This document shows, one piece after another, positions 1-13,622 of a DNA stretch of 64,000 bases. The DNA comes from the human T2T-CHM13v2.0 reference genome, Homo sapiens, in assembly GCF_009914755.1 (NCBI RefSeq), contig NC_060931.1, one strand, 5' to 3'. The notes beneath the pieces are model-generated. The model saw only the letters and a program-made list of their open reading frames with translations, ran no database searches and was not told the origin of the DNA. Each line of letters starts with the position of its first letter. The stretch's first letter is position 1. Made by a program: the position numbers and the translations under genes.

Positions 1-1634
1 TAGAGGGTGACGTTCACAGCCAGAATGGTGAATGTTGCACTCTCAAAGTTCCTCTGCCTTTGGGAAGACTATTCCTCTTTTAGAACTAAACTTCATTTGC
101 AAAAAATAGTAATTATCTCTGGTTCATGGTCACAAAGGAGAAAACACAGATTAAGTGAATCAGTTTTTCTAGCAGAATAGCATAATGAATCATTGGGTGA
201 CAATCTCTTATAAGGTGCTTCCACAAAATATATTTATGAAAATAACCTTCAGAAAAAGTAGAGGTGTGCTTTCAATAAACAAAGATTAAATAAATTAGAA
301 ACATATGTTATAATTTATCCCTTCCATGTACAAGCAAAATATGACATATTTGCTTAACAGTTAATCATTAATGTTTTGTTATGTTTTTTGGTTATCTCTG
401 AAAGTAACTAATATTATTGCTAGATATATATAATAGAGTCATTTGCCTAAGCCTTGCTTCATGCTTGTGGTGCCAACTTTGGTGTGCTTCCTGGGTCAAG
501 CCTTTAGAATCACTATATTTTAAACATTGCTTTTCAACACTCTTCAAACTGATAAAGTATACTTTAAATAAAATGTGAATATATTTACCTTTGTAAGTAT
601 TTATTAGCATATTTTAACCCCTTTTGGGTATTGAAATAATTTGTTTTATCAGTCTTCTAGTGTTGACAATTGAATTGCATTACATTTTTTATTGTTGTAA
701 CCAATGTTGAGAAGAACATTTATGGTTACATGTTTATATACTTTCCTTGTTCGTTCCCTTAAATCCCTAAAATATGAACTCTTTTATTTATCGATCATTT
801 TATGTCATCTTTAATTTGGAGCCCTTTATATCAAGACAAGGGATGTTTAATCTCTTTCTTGTTTTAAGAAAAATGATTTAAAGTCTAGAAATATATTAGC
901 TTGAAACTAAAAGTCTATTGGGCAGCTGGAAGTGTCTTTTTAGAGTATAATTTATAAAAGGAAGAAGCACTAGTCTATATTTTTAATAAAAAAATTTGAA
1001 AAATAAAACAAGCCTAAACAATTACAGCAAATTTTCATGATATAATGTTAATATACAAAAGCAAATCACTTGCTTATATGCCAGAAAAGAACAAATAGAA
1101 TTTGAAATTTAAAATATAATGCCATTTACATTAGCACCATAAAAATTAAATACTTAGGGATAAATCTGACAAAATATATAAAAACTGTAATGAAAGAAAT
1201 CATAACTAAATAAATAATTCTTATTCATGAATGGGAAGGCTTAATATTGTCAAGATGTAAGGTCTGCCTAACTTATCGATAAATATAATGCAATCCCAAT
1301 AAAAATACCAGCAATTTACTTCATTGATATCAACAAATTCATTCTACACTTTATATGGAAAGACAAGAGACCAAGAATAGCTAAACAATATTAAAAGAGT
1401 AGAATAAAGTTGGAGGATTGACACTACCTAAATTCAAGATTTACAAAAATGCTAGAATAATCAAAATAGTGGGGTATTGGTAAAAGAATAGACAAATAGA
1501 TCAATATAATAGAATACAGAGCCCTAAAGTACAGTCACATAAATATACTCAATTTATCATGACTATGCAAAAGGCATATGATGGAGCAAAGATAATCTTT
1601 TCAACAAATGGTGCTGGAACAATTAGACATCTAT

Positions 1635-1635
<1 letters not shown>

Positions 1636-1677
<42 letters not shown>
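1636..1677. repeat. (CA)21 microsatellite
   Basis: Uninterrupted CA run read directly. Confidence 0.98.
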
Positions 1678-1679
<2 letters not shown>

Positions 1680-2151
1680 GCCTGAATCTAGATAAAAGTT
1701 TTACACTTTCACAAAGATTAACTTGGAATAAATCACATATGTAAATGTAAATTTCAAAACCAAAACCCACTAGAAAATAACATAGGAGAAAACTTAGATG
1801 ACCTGTGGTTTGCCCGTGACTTTTTAGCTCCAACACAAAAGCACACTCCATAAGATAAAAAATAGATAAGCTGGACTTTGTTGAAAAGATTTTGCACTGC
1901 ATAAGACATTGTCAAGATAATAAGACATGAGCCACAGACTGGGAGAAAATATTCGCAAAGACATATAAAGGACTATTATCCAAAACATTGAAAGAACATT
2001 TAAAACCCAACCCTAAGAAAACAACCTGATTAAAATATGAGCCAAAAACCTAAACAGACACTTAACCAAATAAGATATACAGATGACACCAAGTATATGA
2101 AAGATACTCCACATCACATGTCATCAGAGAAATGAAAATTAAAACAAGATA

Positions 2152-2680
2152 AAGCAGTTCCCCCTTATCTGCAGTGTTACTTTCTGTGGTTCAGTTCAGC
2201 TAAGTCTGTCTGAAAATATTAAATGACAACTTTTTGAAAGAATTTATAAGCTGTAAATTGTGAGTCATTCTGAGTAGTGTGATGCCATCCCACTTTATTT
2301 GGCTTGGGACCTGAACTATCCCTTTGTCCAGTGTACCCACATTATATTTGCTACCTGCCAGTTAATAGCCATTTGAGTTATTAGGTCGACTGCTTTGGCA
2401 TTGCAGTGCTTGTGTTCAAGAAACCTTTATTTTACTTAATAAAGCCCCCAAAACTTAAAAGTAGTGATGCTGACAATTGAGATATGTGAAAACAATGCTG
2501 TAAAGTGTTTTAAGTAAAAAGGTGAAAGTATTCTACACAGTAAGGAAAAATAATTTCATGTTGAAGTTGCAAAGATCTATAGTAAGAATGAGTCTTCTAT
2601 CTGTGAAACTGTGAAAAGGGGAAAGAAAAAATTTGTGCGTAGCATATACATGGATCAGGAGTATATATGGATTCCTTCAT
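2152..2680 (+). mobile_element. MER44/Tigger7-derived DNA transposon (TcMar-Tigger), right end degraded
   Basis: Starts gcagttcccccttatctgcag; contains the diagnostic ttgcagtgcttgtgttcaag..ccttattttacttaataa..cccc..aagtagtgatgctg..aaggtgaaagt transposase N-terminal remnant. Confidence 0.85.
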
Positions 2681-5189
2681 GTACTTTAGATATTGGAGGA
2701 ATTTCCACACAAACCCTGCACACAGATGTTTATGGCAATTTTATTTACAATTACTAAACTTGGAAGCAACCAAGATGTCCTTCAATAGGTGAATGGATAA
2801 ATAAACTGTGGTACATCCCAACAATGGAATATTATTCAGTGCTAAAAATAAATGAGCTATCAAGTCATGAAAAGACACGGAGGAAACTTAAATGCATATA
2901 GCCATAGGCATATAGTGAAAAAAGTTCATCTGAAAAGGCTACATAGTATATGAGTCCAACTATATGACATTATGGAAAAGGCAAATACACCTAAAGGATC
3001 AGTGGTTACCAAGGGTTGGGGGAAAGGAGGAATAAATAGGTAAAGCATAGAGAATCTTCAGGGAAATTAAAATACTCTATGTAATTCTATAATGGTAGAT
3101 AAACATTATTAAGAACATGTCCAAACTCACAGAAAGTAGAACAACGAGAGTGAGCCCTAATAAAAACTATAGACTTTGGATGATAATGATGTTTTACTTT
3201 AAGTTCATAAATTGTAACTAATGTACCACTCTAGTGGGGGAGGTTGATAATAAGGAGGTTTGCATATGTGAAGAAGGACTATGTGGGTTATCTCTGTACT
3301 TTCCTCTCGATGTTGCTGTGAAGCTAAAATTACACTTAAAAATGTAAAATCTTAAAATCCAATGAATTACTATATGGCCTGTTTTATTGTTTAAATTACA
3401 GTTGCAGCATTGAAATTACGTTGTTATTATGTTCTATGAAAATACTTGCCTTTATCTGATTAAGATAAAAATAAATTATACTCAGTACATTATCTCAGAT
3501 CACATTTATTTGTTTGCTTTCAATCAAGCAGTTATCCTAATTGTCAATTTCCTTTGTTATTAGAACATATAGTCTGTCAACATCTTTTAATTCAGGTTTT
3601 GTAGTCTGCTGGGATAAAATTTCATAGTCTGCTGTGATATTATTTGAATTATATTTACTTAGTTATTTTGTAATGTATATAGTACAGGTAGAAATGTAAA
3701 TGATTTATAGCTATTTAAGAATGCAATAAATGGTCTTCATTTTACACAATTTTAGTTTGAATTATTAAAGATTTAGTGCATTAAAATGTAGGGCTGATAA
3801 AAATATATACATATATAATCCAAATATATGTTACCTTACATATAGTTATAATATGTAGTATGTATAGATTATATTATATATCCAAAAAGATATTGTTTTC
3901 TTTGAAAATGGTGGTTTTCTTAAGAGAGGTAGTCAAACACATTTTCTGAAACCTCAATTATCTATAAATTTTGTTTGTAGGCAATTTCAGTTACATTGTT
4001 GGAAGCATGTTATTTATTTGTTATGGTGGAGGGGTGTATTCTTAAGATTTTAAAATTGTAAAAGTTTTTACAAGTTGTACCAACATGCCACATTTTATGT
4101 GCTTTTTCTAAGATACAAATTATTTTCTTTTTTCTACCACTGTACCTTACAACGGTTTGGTAATGACTTACTATAAGCCAAAAGAAAACTTTGAGTTGTT
4201 TTTTTTTTTATTTTTCAGCATTCTACATATTCATTTAATATAGATTCATTCATTTTATAATTCTTTGTCAATTATTTCCATAAAAATGTACACATATATG
4301 CAGACATTTGATAACTGATGGGATTATAATATTTTGGAGGCAACTGTAGTGCTTACGTCTGGTGGTAGTGATTTGGATGTGTATGTACATTGTTTGTTTT
4401 GAAAATATTTTCAGAGAGCCAGACATTTGTGACCAATGAAAAAATATTAGATAATTTTGGACTTACAAAATTTTCTATTTTATGTTCTTTGTCAACCATT
4501 TACTTTGTGTAATACGTAGGGTTTACAAGTATAATTGATTCTCCCTTTATGAAACCCTGAAATTTACAATAAATTATATAAACCTCAGAAGAAATTATAC
4601 TGGCTAAATACATAACCATTTTTAGGCTCTAGGAGGTGTTGAATGTTCTGTAAGTTGTACTTTATTATTGAATAAGGCCCATTAGAAGATAAACTATTTT
4701 AAACAATACAATTGACTGAAGCATGTTTTTAATATGTGATTTTGTAGCACCAATGTAAAAGATATTTCACATTAGCTCATTCAATAAATACTATTTTTCT
4801 CCTTTTATAAATTTCTGCATTTTTTTTCCACAAAGAGATAAATGTGCTTGCTGGTGCAATACAGTTCATTACAAAGAAGAAAGGAAAGAATCATCCTGAT
4901 AAGTTTTCCAGAAAATTTATCTTCTACTTAATTAAACTATGATTGCAACTATGTTACAAATTTATTTGTAAAGAAAACTCTCATGTCCTCTAGACATGAG
5001 AAGATATGTAGCTTTCTTTCAAGAAACTAGAAAATATATAGCTTTCTTTCAAGCAACTATGTTAAACAGAGTAGTTTGGAATTTGTTATGTTTGACAACC
5101 AGTGGGAAAGGAAGTTCAATCTTGTCATTCAAGTCATTGGCAATCAAAAGGCAAATAATGTCTTCAACCAGTCATGGAAAATGTGGTCA

Positions 5190-7050
5190 CCTCTGATTTC
5201 TTTCAGCAGTATTTTATAATTCTCATTGTAGAGGTCTTTTGATCAGCTATATTCCTAGGTATTTTCTTTTTGTGGCTATTCTGAAGGGGATTGTGTTTTG
5301 ATTAGGCTCTCAGCTTGGATGTTGTCTGTGTATAGAAATGTTACTAGTTTTCGTACACTGATTTTTTTTAGTTTTTATTTTTTTTTATACTTTAAGTTCT
5401 CGGATACATGTGCAGAATGTGCAGGTTTGTTACTTAGGTATACATGTGCTATGGTGGTTTGCTGCACCCATCAACCCTTCATCTACATTAGGCATTTCTC
5501 CTAATGCTATCCCTCTCCTTGCCCCGCAACCCCCAACAGGCCCCAATGTGTGACGCTCCCTTCTCTATGCCCATATGTTCTCATTGTTTAACTCCCACTT
5601 GTGAGTGAGATCATGTGGTGTTTGGTTTTCTGTTCTTGCATTAGTTTGCTGTGAATGATGGTTTCCAGCTTCATCCATGTCCCTGAAAAGGGCATGAACT
5701 TGTCCTTTTTTATGGCTGCATAGTATTCCATGGTGTATGTGTGCCACATTTTCTTTATACGGTCTATGATTGACTGGCATTTGGGTTGGTTCCAAGTCTT
5801 TGCTATTGTGAACAGTGCTGCAATAAACATACGTGTGCATGTGTCTTTATAGTAGAATGATTTATAATCCTTTGGGTATATACCTAGTGATGAAATTGCT
5901 GGGTCAAATGGTATTTCCAGATTTAGATCCTTGAGGAATCACCACACTGTCTTCCACAATGGTCGAACTAATTTACACTCCCACCAACAGCGTAAAAGCA
6001 TTCCTATTTCTCCATATCCTCTCCAGCATCTGTTGTTTCCTGACTTTTTAATGATTGCCATTCTAACTGCCGTGAGATGTTATCTCATTGTGGTTTTGAT
6101 TTGCATTTCTCTAATGATCAGTGATGATGAAGTTTTTTTCATATGTTTATTGGCTGCATAAATGTCTTCTTTTAAGATTTGTCTGTTCATACCCTTTGTC
6201 CACTCTTTGATGGAGTTGTTCATTTTTTTCTTGTAAATTTATTTAAGTATCTTGTAGATTCTGGATATTAGCCCTTTGTCAGATGGATAGATTGCAAAAT
6301 TTTTCTCCCATTCTGTAGGTTGCCTGTTCACCCTAATGATAGTTTCTTTTGCTTGTGCACTGATTTTTTATTCTATAACTTTGATGAATTTGTTTTTCAG
6401 ATCAAGGAGCTTTTGGGTAGAGATTATGTGGTTTTCTAGATACAGAATCATATCTTCTGCAAACAAGGATAGTTTGACTTCCTCTCTTCCTGTTTGGATG
6501 ACTTTTGTTTCTTTCTTGTACCTAATTGTTCTGGCTAGGGCTTCCAGTACTTAGGTTGAACAGGAGTGGTAAGAGAGGGCATTCTTGTCTTGTTCTGGTT
6601 TTCAGGGGGAATGCTTCCAGCTTTTGTCCATTCAGTATGACGTTGGCTGTGGGTTTGTCACAGATGGCTCTTATTATTTTGAAGTATGTTCCTTCAGTGT
6701 CTAATTTATTGAGAGATTTTAACATGACGGGATATTTAATTTTATAAAATTATTTTCTGCATCCATTGAGATGATCATGTAGGTTTTGTTTTTAGTTCAT
6801 ATTTATTAATTTGTGTATGTTGAACCAACATTGCATTGCAGGTATAAAGCCTACTTGATTGTGGTGGATTAGCTTTTTGATCTGATCTGTTGCTGGATCT
6901 GGTTTGCTAGTATTTTATTGAGGATTTTTGCATCTGTGTTTATCAAGGGTATTGGCCTGAAATTTTCTATTTTTATTGTGTCTCTGCCATGTTTTGCTAT
7001 CAGAATGATACCAGATTCATAGAATTAGTTAAGAAAGAGTTCCTCCTCCT
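5190..7050 (-). mobile_element. Older L1 (L1PB/L1P4-like) ORF2 fragment, host of a nested L1PA
   Basis: Minus ORF 6522..6725 ([41 protein letters not shown]) is the L1 RT region; the sequence is continuous across the 5361-6354 insertion. Confidence 0.88.
5361..6354 (-). mobile_element. 5'-truncated L1PA (L1PA7/8-like) with target-site duplication
   Basis: T-rich tail, L1PA 3' UTR and ORF2 C-terminus (MFIAALFTIAKTWNQPKC); flanked by gtacactgatttttt (5353) and gtgcactgatttttt (6355). Confidence 0.93.
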
Positions 7051-7212
7051 TTCTGTCATTTCTCTCTGTGCTATGTGCTCCCCTGCTTCCCTAATAAATC
7101 CCGACATGGTTTCTCAGATGATCTGCCTGCAGGGTCAGTGTTCATTAGCCCTTCTGTTTCCTCTCCATGAGAGCTATGCACATGAGCTGCTTGTAGTATG
7201 TCATCTTAACAC
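7051..7212 (-). mobile_element. L1 5' end (L1P4/L1PB-class 5' UTR start)
   Basis: Reverse complement reads aagatgacatactacaagcagctcatgtgcatagctctcatggagagg, resembling the aagatggccgactagaagcagct...ctctcacggagagg start of older primate L1 5' UTRs. Confidence 0.65.
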
Positions 7213-7399
7213 CACCCCCCACCGACGTCTGTATGCATTAATAGTTTTTATAGCCATTCCTTTTCTACCCATCTACACAATGCTGCATTCTTCCCTTCTT
7301 ATCACAGGCAAGGATCCCTAAATAGCACATCATTCCAGTCTTCATCTCAGTGTCCTCTTCTAAAGAACTTTAGCTATGAGTGATCTAAGACAATAATAT

Positions 7400-7800
7400 A
7401 TTAATAAGGAAATGAAGGAGAAAAACACAACAAGTGAATTTTGGAGAAAAACTGAAAGAACATATTGTCATGGAAATTGAGAGAGTAAGAATGCAAGAAA
7501 TAGAACATTTTGCCAAATGGTGACACATGAAAAATAAGGTGAGGAATAAAAAATGTCCATTGGATAATTTACCTAGAGGTTTTGTGGACAAGCGTAAGAA
7601 TATTTTCAGTGAAATGTTGGTGGCAGAAACCAGGTTTGCCTAAGTAGGATTGGGAAGGTCCGGAGGAAGAAGAATAATGAGCACAGATCACTCAGGAAGT
7701 CTGGCTGTGAATGAATCCGGAGAGATGGAGAGCATAGTCCCATGAATTGGGGCAGGAATGAGTTTTATGTACTGAAGAGAGAAAGTGGACAACTTTAAAA
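7400..7800 (-). mobile_element. L2 fragment, highly decayed
   Basis: Purine-rich stretch with L2-like motifs (aaggtgaggaataaaaaatgtccattggat...ttcagtgaaatgttggtggcagaaacc). Confidence 0.6.
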
Positions 7801-7871
7801 TACTGAAGTGAAGGAACTGAGGAATGAGAAAGTCAAAGAGAGGGCAGTAGGACTTGTTCTTCATTGAATCT

Positions 7872-8143
7872 AAACACCACATGTTCTTACTCATAGGTGG
7901 GAATTGAACAGTGAGAACACATGGACACAGGAAGGGGAACATCACACACTGGGGACTGTTGTGGGGTGGGGAGAGGGGGGAGGGATAGCATTAGAAGATA
8001 TACCTAATGCTAAATGACGAGTTAATGGGTGCAGCACACCAACATGGCATATGTATACATATGTAACAAACCTGCGTGTTGTGCACATGTACCCTAAAAC
8101 TTAAAGTATAATAATAATAAAATAAAAAAACAAACAAAAAAAG
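7872..8143 (+). mobile_element. Young L1PA (L1PA2-4) 3' end, about 270 bp
   Basis: Near-consensus 3' UTR: gggaattgaac..gagaacacatggacacaggaagggg...taaatgacgagttaatgggtgcagcacaccaacatggc...taaaacttaaagtataataa plus A-rich tail. Confidence 0.95.
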
Positions 8144-9286
8144 AAATATGTGTCATGTACAGGCTTTAGTTGTGCTTATATCAAGTAGGTTCTTGATAAA
8201 TGCCTGCTGAATGAATGAAAAAAAAGACACTCTCTTCATGTTGAACAGAAAAATTTCAGTGAAATAAAGAAAAGTCCCACAGCTATGAACTGCAGAACTA
8301 CAATTTGAACTCGAGCAGTCTGGCTCTTGTCTTTTTTCAGTACCACAAAACATTGATCCTCAATAAGACAATGGAGATCACTGGAGATTTAATCACAGAG
8401 AAGTTGCGTTATTTAAAAAATCCATTGAACTGATGTACACTTTGAAGCCAGAGAAAACCTTTAAATGAAACTACAGCAATGAAGCAATTTATTTTATAGT
8501 TATTTTATTGATTAACAAAATATATGCCACCAAAATGTTAACAGCCCTGTGCATTTTTTTAAGGTAAAAAACAATTATTAACAGCCTTGTCCTTTTTTTT
8601 TTAAGGAAAAAAGTGATTATTTACTTTCTTCTGGAGAGATCATTTGTATTTATTCCTATAGGGTATAGAATAAATCATAAAACTTTGAGTCTCTGTCAAA
8701 ATGATATAAGCATTATCCCTATTTTTCTAACTCTCACACATACCTTATTCTAGCATGCACAGCTGCTAAATCATTATTCCCTGCATGAGTAATAGGTGCA
8801 GATATTCTTACTGATTAATGAGGTATGGCTATATTTATAGTGGCTTCTATGTGGCAACTACACAACTATTGATGCTGTCAGGACAAGGGTACTGTGTTGT
8901 GACAATGGGATATAGAAGTCCTGGGGATGATGCTACTTGTTTGTCCTTGTTCTCTAGCATAATTATCCCTGTAAAGATCTTTAGAACTCTTCTTGCGCTA
9001 ATCTCCATCCTATTTCCTACATTCCCTGCTGTAATGATCCTCATTCTGCACACACAGGATATATTGGGTAATGAATATTTTCCTTTTATCTTTGTCATAT
9101 AGTATTTTATTTAGTGAATCAGATTTTTTGCTCTGTTTAAGAATGACAAACACAGCTGTTAAAAGAATCTCTTATTCATACTTATTTGGGGGACTATTTC
9201 TTGTTCTCCTGGTTTGGTGACCCTTACCAGTTTATTTGTGAAATATTTGGGGGCTTTATGATTGATTGGGTAGAAAATAAACGTAG

Positions 9287-9593
<307 letters not shown>

Positions 9594-9699
9594 TGGGGGG
9601 GGGAATATAAACTGAAGAAAATACGTAAGAAGCGAATAACTTGGGACAAGGGGCCAGTAAGTTGTGCTTGATCAGGTTATTTTCTTTTGCCTTAAGTGT

Positions 9700-9860
9700 A
9701 TTTTGATTTAAACTCATTCTGACTTCCGTACAAGGCAACTGGGCTTACTGTTTGATTTAATTTTTGTGCTCAGATTACTGATCTGTAAAATAAAGAAAGG
9801 CCTATTAAGTATTCAACAACATACCTTGCACACAGTAGGTATATAAAATGTGCTAGTTAT
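9700..9860 (+). mobile_element. MIR fragment
   Basis: ctcag..atctgtaaaat core and gcacacagtaggt..aaatgtgctagttat 3' end. Confidence 0.55.
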
Positions 9861-10339
9861 GTTTTGAGTTTTTGCTCACAAGGTAGTTTATGCCCCTCAA
9901 GAGAGGGAAGTAGAACTTCTTCTTCCTTGCATCTTCTACCCATACAAATACGTGTCCTGTATCGGCCTAAGTGGTGCCTTTCTCAGGTAGGTTCTTGATA
10001 AATGCCAGCCGAATTAATGAATATAGAGACACTCTCTTCATGTTATTTTGTTTTTCAGACAACTAAGGTTCAGGGCATCAATGATGTATTACATTTTCAA
10101 TTTAAAAAGAAAAGAAAAACTGGCCTCTGTTTCTCTGACACTAATATTGTGGTTTTCTCTAATCAAAGTCACTTATATTGCTTACAGTTAAATTTTATAT
10201 TTGTTGATCTTAAGAAATGAATTTTCCATTTGTATGATAGTATTTTGGGATTGGTAATTCAGATACTCTACAGATTGTTGCTTACGTATTATGTGTATCT
10301 TACTGAATTACGTGCCAGAGGCGATGCAGAGCATCCTAG

Positions 10340-10778
<439 letters not shown>

Positions 10779-12089
10779 AACTTTCAATCTTCTGAGCCTC
10801 CTTTTCTCATCTCTACAGTGACAATAACAATCACTCTACAATCTGAAGTGGATTTAAATTTAAAGGAGAATTTAAAGCAGAAATGAGAAAATAAGGTGAT
10901 ACCACTTTGAAAACTGCTAACCACTATTTATATTGTGCTTATACTGTGGTATAGGCCGGGAATGCAATCTTGTTTTAAAGCTTTTAGAGTAGGGTGGAGC
11001 AGCATAAGACAGACCCTGACAAGCGGAACCTAGGAAAGAAAAGCAGGGCATTTGCTGTGACGTCCCTGCTCTTCCAGAAAGTCGTAATGCTACTGCCTGA
11101 AATACCCTGTGAAGAAGGTGGCCAAAATGTACTATCTTCAAGTCTACTCCACTTGAGTTGAGACAGGCAGGCTGTTGATAGCATCATATTGAGAAATTCT
11201 GAAACATATTAACAACGAAACTTTATAATAAAAAGAAGCAATCTAATCCAAGTATGTTTTGACGAAACATGGGGTGAAAACATGGCATGTGTTTCATACC
11301 ATTAGAAAGCTGAGGAAATAGAAGCGAATTTAGTTCTTGTATTACTGGCATCTAGGCTTATAGCAGAAGCAGCAGCTGCTTCAGTCTGTGGGGATCCCTC
11401 TAGGGCACTGGGATTCTGCTTGGTATCCTAGTGAGCTCTTCCAACCCTGTGAGTTAATCATTTAATTCTAACCTGATCCTGGAAACCTGGCCCACTGCCT
11501 TTGACCAAACAACCACTACTTGGCAGTCATCACTTGACTTTGCTGCCTGTTGGGCAATGTTCTGTGTTATACACTTTTGATGCTATGGGCTTGGTTTGCC
11601 AACATACATACTGCTCAACATAATCTCTGAATTTGATGTCCTTGCCTCAAATGAGGATATCTATAAATTTGGCTGGCAGCACGTTCCATCTGGAGATTAA
11701 GAGTCTGTGAAAGAGGAGGAGACAGGTAATTGTCATCACTGGGTAACAAATGAACACTTTTAGGCCAAGCTAACAGTTCCCTTAGCACCATATAAAGGCT
11801 CTGAGAAAAGCTGGCCAGGTAATGATGCAAGTCACTGCACCTGAGTAGCTAGAATTTCGATGGCTTGTGAAATTATCTGAATTTCATTTAGTTTACAAAA
11901 ATACTAGTTTAGTTTTATAGCTATTTCAACTTACATATTTATTAAGCTTTTTTTTTTAAGTTCTTGTGTTTACGGATGTCTAAGGAGACTTGCTTGGATC
12001 TAGAAATCCACAAAGAAAAACAGAAATGTGCATAAGGAAAAAAATCTTATATAGGAAAACTATTAGTTTATTCTCTGAGTTAATTGGAG

Positions 12090-12280
12090 AAAGGATATAG
12101 CATAGTGGTTACAAGTACAAACTCTGGAACCAGATTTCATGTGGATGAATCCTGGCTCTACAACTCACAACTTGTGTGACTTTATCAAATTGTGTAACCT
12201 TTTAAAAAACTCTCCTCTCTTCATCTGTAAAATGATCATAAAAATAATTCGAAAGCCATGGGGTTATTGGGAAAATCTGA
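12090..12280 (+). mobile_element. MIR
   Basis: gcatagtggtta..actctggaaccaga..gaatcctggctcta..tgtgtgacttt..ttcatctgtaaaatg. Confidence 0.8.
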
Positions 12281-12455
12281 GCCCAGACAGGCTGGTGCCC
12301 AGCTTCCTTCCTCTCTGCTGTATGTGCTCCCCCACAGCCCTAAAGTATCCCAACGTGATTTATCAGATGATCGACCTGCAGGGTCAGTGTTCGCCAGCCC
12401 TTTCTTGTCCTCTCCATGAGAGCTGTGCACAGGTGCTCTTGAAAAGTGGCTATAA
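12281..12455 (-). mobile_element. Second L1 5'-end fragment, same class as 7051-7212
   Basis: Shares tatgtgctcccc, tcagatgatc..cctgcagggtcagtgttc and tcctctccatgagagct with 7051-7212. Confidence 0.6.
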
Positions 12456-13622
12456 TGAATAGATCAAGCATCATGTACATCCAAAATTAATAAAATATCT
12501 ATATTTTCAGGTGTATGTAGTATTCTGGTATTCTTATTTTGAATATAGTCAAGAAATATGACTTTAAAAAAAAAAAAGGATACAATATCTAGAAAGGCCT
12601 TAAATGATGGTGCCTCAGAGGAGACTTTGAGGAGCCAAAAATTTTTAATGACTTCCTTTGTCAAGCAGCTTATTCATTTTATTTCTTTTTCATCTCTGTT
12701 AAGATGTTTGATGGTATCATATTATTGCTGAGACAAATCCTCCCACAAGTATAGTATAATACGTTCCTTTTACATAAATAAAGAAGCATCACATCTCTTC
12801 ATTTTTATTTATCACTTTTTTAAAAGTCTATGTTGTTAAGTTACATACTCTTTTGAACAGCTTTACCAGTGTCAGACTGTTTTCTATGCATAATAATTAT
12901 GTAAGTTAGGAGTAGACCAGGCAAGATTAGATAGTAGTGCTTTTCAAACTTTTCATCTAATAAAATTTGTCTATCCACAGAGCTGGGATTTAATTTAGAA
13001 TAGCTACCCTAAAGCCTCAAGATGTTTTGAAATTCCTATTTTAACCTAAAACAACACATGATATATGTGTTCTTGTAAGTAATATATTCATTCTGATTTA
13101 ACATATAGATATTTAAATTACTTGGTTAAATTATTGACCTCTACATCCAAAAGCTGGGATATAATCAATGCTTTATGATGATGAGCTATATTTATGCTGT
13201 GGCTTTGACAACCCTTAGCACAAGACTAAATATCTAGGAGAAAAAACACACAATGAGTGAACCGTCTAAGGCTACTTTTCTTTTATCTCCTATCTTTCAT
13301 TTGCTTTCTGTTGATTCTCCTGTCACTATGGTATTCCATTCCTACTTGTTCATTCTCTGCAGTGACCACCTTCCATACCTAGCCTTTCTGTTTCTCCTAA
13401 CACTGACAGTTCATAACACTGATGTCACCTAAAGGAAAAAGAAGATGCTAACCAACCAGTGAACGTTGAAGTGTTTAAAACTCAGTGTTCATTTGAACTA
13501 CTAAACCTCTCAGCGGTGTTTACATTTTCAAAGAAAGTTGCTAAAGCCAGTCTTACATATAAATGCAAATTTTACCTTGAGTATTTCAATCTACTAAATA
13601 TGATAACTGTGTGTTTTATGGG

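Larger units (their letters stand above)
1010..3356 (+). mobile_element. Old L1 (L1MC-like) ORF2 3' part and 3' UTR, interrupted by a (CA)n tract and a MER44/Tigger7 element
   Basis: Decayed ORF2 motifs (tttcaacaaatggtgctggaacaattagacatc; ttggaagcaaccaagatgtccttcaataggtgaatggataaataaactgtggtacatcc) and an L1MC-type 3' end (aatgtaccactctagtggggg...tctctgtactttcctctc...gctgtgaagctaaaa). Confidence 0.85.

Noticed and set aside
1549-1902. ORFs with HTHTHT / CVCVCV runs
   Set aside because: Translation of the (CA)n microsatellite.
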